Source: an uncultured archaeon (GTDB lineage Archaea > Nanobdellota > Nanobdellia > Woesearchaeales > CAIVOO01). From it: 64,000 bases of DNA. The stretch lies in assembly GCA_903904885.1 (NCBI GenBank), contig CAIVED010000044.1, forward strand, positions 5,579 through 69,578. Direction: 5' to 3'. Of the stretch, positions 17,906-25,647 are shown in pieces (position 1 is the stretch's first letter; each line of letters starts with the position of its first letter). Below the pieces are notes generated by a model. The model worked only from the letters and a program-made list of their open reading frames with translations. It was not told the origin of the DNA and searched no databases. A program made the position numbers and the translations under genes.

Positions 17906-17968
17906 TCGGGGTTCCGCAACCATCATGGTTGACGAGTTGCGGCATTAAAATCAAACATAAAATAAAAC

Positions 17969-18328
17969 ATGAGAACAGGACCAACAAACGAGGAATTGAG
18001 CAGGCTTATCTCAGAGCTGAGGAAAGCTTCAGCTGTGCAGAAGGTTGGCCTCTGGAAAAGGATTGCATTTGATTTGGAAAAGCCCACGAGAAACAGGCGG
18101 GTTGTCAATCTCACAAGAATTGATAAGAATTCAAACAAGAACGAGCTTGTGGTTGTTCCCGGCAAGGTTTTGGGCGCCGGCGAGATAACAAAGGGCGTTA
18201 TTGTCGCAGCCTGGCAGTTTTCAGGCCAGGCAAAGGAAAAGATAATCAAGGCAAAGGGAGACTGCATGTCAATTGAGGAATTGCTTGCAAAGAAGCCGAA
18301 ACTGTCAGAGGTCAGGATAATAGGATGA
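17969..18328 (+). CDS. rpl18e: 50S ribosomal protein L18e (eL18).
   Basis: MRTGPTNEELSRLISELRKAS...LVVVPGKVLGAGEITKGVIVAAWQFSGQAKEKI. Confidence 0.8.
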   Translation: MRTGPTNEELSRLISELRKASAVQKVGLWKRIAFDLEKPTRNRRVVNLTRIDKNSNKNELVVVPGKVLGAGEITKGVIVAAWQFSGQAKEKIIKAKGDCMSIEELLAKKPKLSEVRIIG

Positions 18329-18744
18329 TAATCGATGCAACAGACTTGATAATGGGAAGATTGGCAGCAGTTGTTGCAAAAAAAGCCATCCTTGGAGAAA
18401 AAATTGACATTCTCAACTGCGAAAAGGCAGTCATCACAGGAAACAGGGATAATATTTTGGCAGAATACAAGAAAAGATTTGACCTGGGAAGGAATCCTTA
18501 CAAGGGCCCTTTTTTCCCAAGAGCATCCGACAGGCTTGTAAGAAGGGCCATAAGAGGAATGCTTCCATACAAGCAGGAGAAGGGGAAGAAGGCATACAAA
18601 GAAGTCATGTGCTATGTCGGAATTCCGGAACAGTTCAAGGGGCAGAAGCTTGAGACAGTTGCAGCTGCAAATGTTTCAAAACTCAAGAATTATAAATACA
18701 TGGAAATTGGGGTTTTAGCAAAGCTATTGGGCTCAAAGAGATGA
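18325..18744 (+). CDS. rpl13: 50S ribosomal protein L13 (uL13).
   Basis: IDATDLIMGRLAAVVAKKAILGEKIDILNCEKAVITG...FFPRASDRLVRRAIRGMLP. Confidence 0.85.
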   Translation: MIIDATDLIMGRLAAVVAKKAILGEKIDILNCEKAVITGNRDNILAEYKKRFDLGRNPYKGPFFPRASDRLVRRAIRGMLPYKQEKGKKAYKEVMCYVGIPEQFKGQKLETVAAANVSKLKNYKYMEIGVLAKLLGSKR

Positions 18745-19136
18745 AAACGATAATTACCAACGGAACAAGGAAAAAATCAGTTGCAAGGGCGTACATAAAG
18801 GAAGGAACCGGCATTGTAAGAGTTAACAGCAGGCTCCTGCAGAACATAGAGCCGATGATTTCCAGGCTTAAGATGGAAGAGCCGCTGATAATCGCAGATG
18901 AAATTTCAAAAAAATATGACATTAATGTTTCTGTTTTCGGCGGCGGATTCAATTCCCAGGCAGAGGCGGCAAGGCTGGCAATAGCAAAGGCGCTTCTTGC
19001 CAAAAACGCAAAACTGAGGGAAGAGTTTTTAAGATATGACAGGACGCTTCTCGTTGCCGATGTGAGGCAGAGGGAATCAAGGAAGCCGAACAGGCACGGA
19101 AATGCAAGGGGCAAGGCCCAGAAGTCGTACAGGTGA
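18741..19136 (+). CDS. rps9: 30S ribosomal protein S9 (uS9).
   Basis: C-terminal RESRKPNRHGNARGKAQKSYR is the hallmark S9 tail. Confidence 0.85.
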   Translation: MKTIITNGTRKKSVARAYIKEGTGIVRVNSRLLQNIEPMISRLKMEEPLIIADEISKKYDINVSVFGGGFNSQAEAARLAIAKALLAKNAKLREEFLRYDRTLLVADVRQRESRKPNRHGNARGKAQKSYR

Positions 19137-19143
19137 TGCTAAA

Positions 19144-19341
19144 ATGATAATACCAATAAGATGCTTAAGCTGCGGAAAGCCAATCGGTCATCTGTGGCAG
19201 GATTACAAGGACAGGGTTGCCAAGGGCGAGGACAAGAAGAAAGTAATGGACGACCTTGGCCTTGAGAGATACTGCTGCAGGTCAGCATTCCTGGGACAGG
19301 TGGACCTTCTTGAGACTATTGCGCAGTTCAAGAAGTTTTAA
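19144..19341 (+). CDS. rpoN: DNA-directed RNA polymerase subunit N (Rpo10).
   Basis: MIIPIRCLSCGKPIGHLWQDY...RYCCRSAFLGQVDLLE. The track start 19102 is upstream non-ATG. Confidence 0.8.
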   Translation: MIIPIRCLSCGKPIGHLWQDYKDRVAKGEDKKKVMDDLGLERYCCRSAFLGQVDLLETIAQFKKF

Positions 19342-19371
19342 ATTATTTTTTTCTTTAAATAATATTCCGTT

Positions 19372-19546
19372 TGCTGGTTCTTGCATTACTCTTGAAGTTT
19401 GTGCTGCTTCTTCTGCCTGAGTGCCATGCAAGAAATTAGTTATTAACTGCCGAAGGCGACTGAGGCAGTTTAAAGCAGGCCTGGCAATCAAGGCAGCAAT
19501 TGAAAGCAAGAAGCAAAGTTAAGGCCTGCCCAGAAAACGGCTTTTT
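19372..19546 (-). repeat. Intergenic repeat family, copy B (reverse orientation), with mini-ORF MALRQKKQHKLQE (19386..19427, minus).
   Basis: Reverse complement aligns end-to-end with copy A. Imperfect terminal inverted repeat gccgttttctgg ... ccagcaaacgg. Confidence 0.7.
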
Positions 19547-19600
19547 AATATAAACCATTTTCAATAAAATTTATATACTCCCCCTAGCGTAGGTTGAGGC

Positions 19601-22600
19601 ATGGACTTCAAATCTATCGAAAAGAAATGGCAGAAGAGTTGGGCAGATGCCAAAGTGTTCAAGGCAAGGGAAGATCCGAAGAAAAAGAAGTATTACTGCC
19701 TTGAGATGTTTCCATACCCTTCTGCGTCTGGTTTGCACATGGGGCACGCTTTCAATTACACAATTGGGGATATTTATTCAAGGTTCAAGCGAATGAACGG
19801 CTTCAATGTCCTTTATCCTATGGGCTATGATTCTTTCGGGTTGCCTGCGGAAAATGCGGCAATCAAGGCAAACTCGCATCCAAGAAAATTCACAAATGAG
19901 GCAATAAAGAATTTCATAAGGCAGCAGAAGGAGCTTGGCCTTAGCTATGACTGGGACAGGATTCTTTCATCATGCGAGCCGGAATATTACAAATGGAATC
20001 AGTTTTTTTTCCTTAAATTCTGGGAAAAGGGGCTTGTTTACAGGAAGAAAGCCCCTGTCAACTGGTGCCCAAAATGCAACACAGTTCTTGCGAATGAGCA
20101 GGTTCACAACGGCAAATGCTGGAGGCATCCTGACACAGATGTTGAAATCAAGCAGCTGGAGCAGTGGCTGATCAAGACAACTGCCTATGCTGATGAATTG
20201 CTTGAGGATTTGGAAAAAATCCACTGGCCTGAAAGAATCAAGATAATGCAGAAGAACTGGATTGGAAAATCTCATGGCACAGAAATAAAATTCAAAATCA
20301 ACGGAGAAGATTGGCCAATCTTCACAACGCGCCCGGACACAATTTACGGAGTCACGTTCATGGTTGTTTCTGCACAGCATCTGAGATTGATGGAGCTGGT
20401 TACAAAGGAGCAGAAGAAGGAAGTTGAAGCTTTCCTTAAAAAAATCAAGTCAACAAGCGAGAAAGATATCGAGGAATTGGAAAAGGAAGGCGCTTTCACC
20501 GGCAGTTACGCAATCAACCCAGTAACAAACCAGAAAATCCCAGTCTATGCCGGCAATTTTGTTGTAGCAGAATACGGCGCAGGGATGGTAATGGCTGTCC
20601 CTTCCCACGACCAGAGGGATTTTGAGTTTGCAAAGAAGTACAAGATTCCAATGAAACAGGTTATTGCTCCTGTTTTTGTAACAACCGACGGAAAAGATGC
20701 TGTTAGGGAAGACAAGAAAACTGAAGAGCGAGATTCAATATTTGCCATTGTTAAACACTGGGAAGAAGATAAATATTTTTGTCTGGACTGGAAAAATTTC
20801 AAATGGAAGTCCTTTGTCATAGGGGGGGTTGATAAGGGGGAAAAGGCAGAAGATGCTGCGATTAGGGAAGTTAAGGAAGAAACAGGATATTATGACATTA
20901 AAAAAATTACTGAGATGGGATTTGAGAACCATGGCAACTATTACGCTGAGCATAAGGGCGTAAACAGGTATGCAAGATTTAGGAATTTTTTAGTTGAGTT
21001 AAAATCAGATAAGCGAGAAAAGTTAGAAGAAGAACATACGAAAAATCATGAGGGAATGTGGATAGACAAAGATAAAGTTGCCAATTTTATTAACTTGTCA
21101 AATAATAAGTATATTTGGGATAGTTATATTAAAGGAGAAAGAGCATTTACAGAAGAAGGTATTCTTGTAAATTCCGGCGAATTCAATGGGATGAGAAATA
21201 CTGATGCCATTGAAGATATAACAAAATTCCTTGAAAAAAAGAAACTAGGCAAAAAAGTTGTTCAGTACAAACTGAGAGACTGGCTTATTTCAAGGCAGAG
21301 ATACTGGGGAACTCCGATTCCTGCAATATACTGCGACAAATGCGGTGTTGTCCCTGTTCCTGAGAAAGATTTGCCTGTTATTCTGCCTGAAGATGTCCAA
21401 TTCGGTGAGGGAAATCCTCTTGCAACAAACAAGGAGTTTGTTAATGTAAAATGCCCTAAATGCGGTGGTCCTGCCAGAAGAGAAACTGATACCATGGACA
21501 CATTCATGGATTCTTCATGGTATTTCCTGAGATTCTGCGACAATTTGAACAACAAAGAGCCATTTTCAAAGGAAAGTGCAAAATACTGGATGCCAGTTGA
21601 CCAGTATATTGGAGGGGCGGAGCATGCATGCATGCATCTTATTTACGCAAGATTTTTTGTAAAGGCATTAAGGGACATGGGCTACTTCAAGTTTGATGAG
21701 CCGTTTACAAACCTATTCAATCAGGGAATGCTTCATGGCGAAGACGGGGCAGTAATGTCAAAATCACGGGGGAATACGGTTCTCCCCGAAACTGTCTCTG
21801 AAAAATATGGAATTGACACAGCAAGATTCTTCCTTGTTTCAATAGCTTCTCCTGACAAAGATTTGAACTGGAGCGATGCTGGAGTGGAAGGAAGCCTGAG
21901 GTTCATCAATAGGGTAATAAGTTATTATGAAACTGTTAAAGTTGGAAAATCAAGCAAGAGAATTGAAAGCAAGCTGAACAAAGCGATTAAGGAGATAACA
22001 AAAGAGATTGAGAATTTCAATTACAATATTGCGATAATCCACATCAGGCAGCTGTTTGAATCGTTTGAAGAAGAGGCCAGCAAGGATACTCTTGAAAAGT
22101 TTTTGAAGCTTATTCATCCCATTTGCCCACACATCACGGAGGAATTGTGGGAGAAACTGGGAAACAAGCCGTTTATTACAATCTCTTCATGGCCAAAGTA
22201 CGATGAAAGCAAGATTGACGAGAAAGCAGAGCAGGAAGAGGAAATAGGCAAGGAGATAGTTTATGACATAAAGAGAGTTCTCGAGTTTGCAAAGATAGAC
22301 AAGCCGAAGAAAGTCACATTGATAATATCAGACAAGTGGAAATATAAATTCTATGAGAAATTTAAATCCGAGTTTGAGAAAACAAGGGAATTCAAGCCGA
22401 TTATGGAGGCTTTGCTGAAGGATGCAGATTTGAAAGCCCACGGCCAGGACATCCAGAAGTGGATTCCTAATTTATTAAAGAATCCGGGCAGGATTCCTGT
22501 AATTATATTTGACCAGAAAACAGAGAAAGAGATATTTTCCAAATTAACCGCCCAGATAAAGAAAGAGTTGGGAGCTGATTCGGTTGAAGTCGTTCTTGCA

Positions 22601-22666
22601 GAAGATTCCAAAGAACCCAAGGCAAAGAATGCGATGCCAAGCAAGCCGGCGATTGTGGTACAATAA
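19601..22666 (+). CDS. leuS: Leucyl-tRNA synthetase, bacterial-type architecture, carrying an in-frame Nudix-hydrolase domain insertion (~nt 20675-21151).
   Basis: HMGH class I motif (PSASGLHMGHAFNY), SHDQRDFEFAKKYKIP, LPVILPEDV, RETDTMDTFMDSSWYF, YIGGAEHACMHLIYARFF, VMSKSRGN (KMSKS). Between KQVIAPV and EEGILVNSGEFNG about 160 aa are inserted, containing GGVDKGEKAEDAAIREVKEETGY, a perfect Nudix box (Gx5Ex7REUxEExGU). Confidence 0.9.
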   Translation: MDFKSIEKKWQKSWADAKVFKAREDPKKKKYYCLEMFPYPSASGLHMGHAFNYTIGDIYSRFKRMNGFNVLYPMGYDSFGLPAENAAIKANSHPRKFTNEAIKNFIRQQKELGLSYDWDRILSSCEPEYYKWNQFFFLKFWEKGLVYRKKAPVNWCPKCNTVLANEQVHNGKCWRHPDTDVEIKQLEQWLIKTTAYADELLEDLEKIHWPERIKIMQKNWIGKSHGTEIKFKINGEDWPIFTTRPDTIYGVTFMVVSAQHLRLMELVTKEQKKEVEAFLKKIKSTSEKDIEELEKEGAFTGSYAINPVTNQKIPVYAGNFVVAEYGAGMVMAVPSHDQRDFEFAKKYKIPMKQVIAPVFVTTDGKDAVREDKKTEERDSIFAIVKHWEEDKYFCLDWKNFKWKSFVIGGVDKGEKAEDAAIREVKEETGYYDIKKITEMGFENHGNYYAEHKGVNRYARFRNFLVELKSDKREKLEEEHTKNHEGMWIDKDKVANFINLSNNKYIWDSYIKGERAFTEEGILVNSGEFNGMRNTDAIEDITKFLEKKKLGKKVVQYKLRDWLISRQRYWGTPIPAIYCDKCGVVPVPEKDLPVILPEDVQFGEGNPLATNKEFVNVKCPKCGGPARRETDTMDTFMDSSWYFLRFCDNLNNKEPFSKESAKYWMPVDQYIGGAEHACMHLIYARFFVKALRDMGYFKFDEPFTNLFNQGMLHGEDGAVMSKSRGNTVLPETVSEKYGIDTARFFLVSIASPDKDLNWSDAGVEGSLRFINRVISYYETVKVGKSSKRIESKLNKAIKEITKEIENFNYNIAIIHIRQLFESFEEEASKDTLEKFLKLIHPICPHITEELWEKLGNKPFITISSWPKYDESKIDEKAEQEEEIGKEIVYDIKRVLEFAKIDKPKKVTLIISDKWKYKFYEKFKSEFEKTREFKPIMEALLKDADLKAHGQDIQKWIPNLLKNPGRIPVIIFDQKTEKEIFSKLTAQIKKELGADSVEVVLAEDSKEPKAKNAMPSKPAIVVQ

Positions 22667-22690
22667 TTAAACTAATTTTCCAAAAAATTA

Positions 22691-23641
22691 TCAACTTTTT
22701 AATGTTATCTCTGTTGAATTGATGACAATGCTTCTATTCGCGGAGATATAAACCCTTATTTTCACATCTAAAATATGACTTCCTGCCAAAGAATCATTTT
22801 TATAACCATAAAAGTAGCCATGCCAGTTTCCTCTTACACCTTCACTAATACATTTTTGGGAGTCCTCTGTTTCCTGAGAAGTATAAAATCCATTTGGGCA
22901 GATGCCAATAGTCTGGCTTACCGGTGTTATGTTTGGATATTGTTCAAATTTTTCTTTAACTTCTGGCAGCGAATTAGCCATATTTATCATTTGAGACTCG
23001 TTTAGCTCATCTTCCAAACGTTTTATTGAATCATTGCACATAGGTACAAGATATCTATTGCCTCTAGTCTTTTCACATAGCTCACTGGTTGCCTGTAGGA
23101 ATGCGCTCATAAGTTTTTCATAACTATAACTGGTTACATTTCCCCCAGTATACACTTCTTTTCTTATCTGCTGCGCTTTAAACTGCATATAATTCCTGTA
23201 GCAAAGAGAAGCCAATTCTTCAGATTTCAAATCCCCGCACATATCAAAACCTTTTTCAAGGCTCGAATTTAAAGTGGATACTGCTTTTGGGAAAAGAACA
23301 GTGTCCTCAGCATATACAATATATTTCGCTGCAGAAAACGTGCCAATAATTATTATGCCCACAATTAATAACCAGACAATTTTGTTCTTTTTAAGGTCCA
23401 GTAAAATAACTGCCATATAAACTAGGGATAGGATAATCAGCAAAAAAGAAATGGTGTTTATTACCATATACTGTGCGGCAGTAAAATCAATTCTTAAAAC
23501 CGTGTACATTAAAACAAACGCATTATTATTTAACAAAAATGCATAATTATACCAAACTTTAGGGTACTCTAAGATTAGGCATAAAATGACCATGGCCGCA
23601 GAAATTATGATTTTCGGAACACTAAAGCTTTTCCAGGACAT
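22691..23641 (-). CDS. Membrane protein: N-terminal polytopic region (4-5 TM) and a C-terminal extracytoplasmic domain. Unknown function.
   Basis: Track ORF 316 aa with hydrophobic spans in the first ~120 aa. Confidence 0.4.
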   Translation of the reverse strand: MSWKSFSVPKIIISAAMVILCLILEYPKVWYNYAFLLNNNAFVLMYTVLRIDFTAAQYMVINTISFLLIILSLVYMAVILLDLKKNKIVWLLIVGIIIIGTFSAAKYIVYAEDTVLFPKAVSTLNSSLEKGFDMCGDLKSEELASLCYRNYMQFKAQQIRKEVYTGGNVTSYSYEKLMSAFLQATSELCEKTRGNRYLVPMCNDSIKRLEDELNESQMINMANSLPEVKEKFEQYPNITPVSQTIGICPNGFYTSQETEDSQKCISEGVRGNWHGYFYGYKNDSLAGSHILDVKIRVYISANRSIVINSTEITLKS

Positions 23642-23666
23642 ATTCTCTTCAATTGCGAGTTTATAT

Positions 23667-24866
23667 TTAAACTTTTCTTATAACAAACACCTGATCATTC
23701 TTCCTGACTAGTTTATTTGTTTTTATTCCAACTATTTCCCCTTTTCTGGCAGAATTGATTTCTTTGCCATCTTTTTGCATGTTCTCAACCTTCTGCTCGA
23801 AGACTCCGGTTGTTTTGCCTATAATCATCATCCTGTCACCTTTTTTAATCTCTCCGGACTGCAGTAATATTGCTGCTGCGCTGTTTTTCCTGTAGTAATT
23901 CTCAACAATTCCAACAAAAACCTTCTGTTCCTTTGCATTGCTTCCGTAAATGTCTGTCCAGGCATCGTTTGTTGGAGTTCCAAGGAAGAAGCCTATTGAA
24001 AATTTTCGATTATACACAGTTTCCAGCTTTTCCATCAATTTTGTTACCAATTCTTTTGTGAATTTCTTCTTCTGAATTGCATCAAGAGCTTCCCTGTAAA
24101 CAGAAGTGACTGTTTTTACATATTCAGGAGCGCGGTTTCTGCCTTCAATCTTGAATCTGTCAATTTCGGCTTTGACTAACTTGTCCAGAATCGGCAATGC
24201 ACACAAATCTTTCGGTGACATTACAAAATTGTTTTTCAATTCAAGCTCGTGCCCTTCTTCTGCATCTTTGACAATGTAGCCTCTCCTGCAGGGCTGCAAA
24301 CAATCTCCCCTGTTTGCGCTCTTTCTGAATATGAATTGCGAGGTAAAGCACCTGCCGGATTCAGAAACGCACATTGCGCCATGGATAAATGTCTCAATTT
24401 CAAGTTTTGTTTTCTTTTTTATCTCTTGAATTTGCTTGAGAGAACATTCCCTTGCCAAATTTATGCTTTCAACACCAATTTTTTCAAAGAATTTTGCTGA
24501 TTCTGAATTTGAAATGCTCATCTGGGTTGAAATATGGACTGGAATCTTCTTTTTCAGTGCCAAATTTATTACAGAAAAATCCCAGGCAATGATTGCATCG
24601 GCTTTTGCTGTTTTGATTTTGTCAAGCAGAATATTAACTTTCTTCAGTTCATCCTCAAAAATTATTGTATTTACAGTAACATAAACCTCGACCTTGTTTT
24701 TGTGGCAGAAACCAACAATCTTCTTTAGCTCAGATTGCTTGAAATTCTTGGCATTGGCTCGCATATTAAATCCTTCAACTCCTAAATAAACAGCATCAGC
24801 ACCTGCCTCAACAGCAGCCCTTAAACTAGGCCAATCGCCGGCTGGTGAGAGAAGTTGTGGTTTCAT
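23667..24866 (-). CDS. Peptidase U32 family protein (collagenase-like / RlhA-UbiU-type).
   Basis: MKPQLLSPAGDWPSLRAAVEAGADAVYLGVEGFNMRA...ELKKIVGFCHKNKVEVYVTVNT, plus the conserved Cys cluster CVSESGRC...CLQPC. Confidence 0.7.
   Translation of the reverse strand: MKPQLLSPAGDWPSLRAAVEAGADAVYLGVEGFNMRANAKNFKQSELKKIVGFCHKNKVEVYVTVNTIIFEDELKKVNILLDKIKTAKADAIIAWDFSVINLALKKKIPVHISTQMSISNSESAKFFEKIGVESINLARECSLKQIQEIKKKTKLEIETFIHGAMCVSESGRCFTSQFIFRKSANRGDCLQPCRRGYIVKDAEEGHELELKNNFVMSPKDLCALPILDKLVKAEIDRFKIEGRNRAPEYVKTVTSVYREALDAIQKKKFTKELVTKLMEKLETVYNRKFSIGFFLGTPTNDAWTDIYGSNAKEQKVFVGIVENYYRKNSAAAILLQSGEIKKGDRMMIIGKTTGVFEQKVENMQKDGKEINSARKGEIVGIKTNKLVRKNDQVFVIRKV
24803..24866. repeat. 64-nt direct repeat, copy 1 (5' end of the U32 peptidase gene). 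The second copy is at 25583..25646, with 2 synonymous mismatches.
   Basis: cctcaacagcagccct(t/c)aaactaggccaatcgccggctggtgagagaagttg(t/c)ggtttcat. The repeats bracket the DedA gene only. Confidence 0.8.
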
Positions 24867-25549
24867 TTATTCCCCTTTTTATTTTTCTTGAACATAAAAT
24901 AAAAAAATACAACAACATAGGCGATTGCCAGGAATATGAGCGCCAGCTCCAGAATGGCGTTATTCTTGACAAACCCTTCCCCGAGATATGCCTGGAGATA
25001 GGTTAATGGAATCAGCCCTAACGCTGTTCCTAAAATAAGATGCTTCAGTCTTAGTTTGGTCAGCCCTGCAAGATAGCTGAAAACATCTGAGGAAGTGAAG
25101 GGATTGATTCTCAGCAAGAATATTGCATAGCCCCCGTATTTTTTTGAGAAATGGTCAAATTTTCTGAGCTTAGATCTCTCAACCCTTTTTTCAAAGGGCT
25201 TCCTTAGAAAGTTTCTTGCAATTTCAAATGCGATAATTGCCCCCGCAATGTTCCCAATCAGCGCGGCGGTGCCTCCCCAAAAAGTCCCGAACAGGATTCC
25301 TCCCGCAGCATACAGAACAACGCTCGGAATTGGGGCTACAACAACCTCAACTACAACAAGAATTGTAAAAATTAAGATGGCCATAAAGCCAAAAGAGTTG
25401 ACAAAGTCAATAATCTGGTTGGTGTCGCTCAGAATTGCGTAGACTGAACCGTTCCTCAGGTACATGAAAATCAGAAAAAATGCAATAAGCGCGAGGGCAA
25501 TGACCAGAAACTTGTTCTCTTTAAGCCAGCCAAATGCTTTATTTTTCAT
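24863..25549 (-). CDS. DedA/TVP38/SNARE-associated family membrane protein.
   Basis: VVLYAAGGILFGTFWGGTAALIGNIAGAIIAFEIARNFLRKPFEKRV...INPFTSSDVFSYLAGLTKL. Its stop overlaps the U32 ATG (ATGA). Confidence 0.7.
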   Translation of the reverse strand: MKNKAFGWLKENKFLVIALALIAFFLIFMYLRNGSVYAILSDTNQIIDFVNSFGFMAILIFTILVVVEVVVAPIPSVVLYAAGGILFGTFWGGTAALIGNIAGAIIAFEIARNFLRKPFEKRVERSKLRKFDHFSKKYGGYAIFLLRINPFTSSDVFSYLAGLTKLRLKHLILGTALGLIPLTYLQAYLGEGFVKNNAILELALIFLAIAYVVVFFYFMFKKNKKGNK

Positions 25550-25582
25550 ATAATTCTCCTTCCAATAAGAAAATCTTCCGCT

Positions 25583-25646
25583 CCAGCCTCAACAGCAGCC
25601 CTCAAACTAGGCCAATCGCCGGCTGGTGAGAGAAGTTGCGGTTTCA
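25583..25646. repeat. 64-nt direct repeat, copy 2. On the minus strand it forms a 33-codon uORF (MKPQLLSPAGDWPSLRAAVEAGAEDFLIGRRII) whose TGA overlaps the DedA ATG and whose ATG abuts the helicase stop.
   Basis: Read directly from sequence (ATG at 25647-25645; stop overlapping the ATG at 25549-25547). Confidence 0.7.
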
Positions 25647-25647
25647 T

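Noticed and set aside
17793-18072. Track ORFs 17793..17987 (-) and 17839..18072 (+)
   Set aside because: Both overlap the tRNA-Leu gene and the L18e start. They are artefacts of the GC-rich tRNA sequence.
20675-21151. LeuRS insertion as an intein
   Set aside because: No N-terminal Cys/Ser or C-terminal His-Asn plus Cys/Ser/Thr splice-junction residues, and no homing-endonuclease motifs. The insert instead carries a perfect Nudix box.
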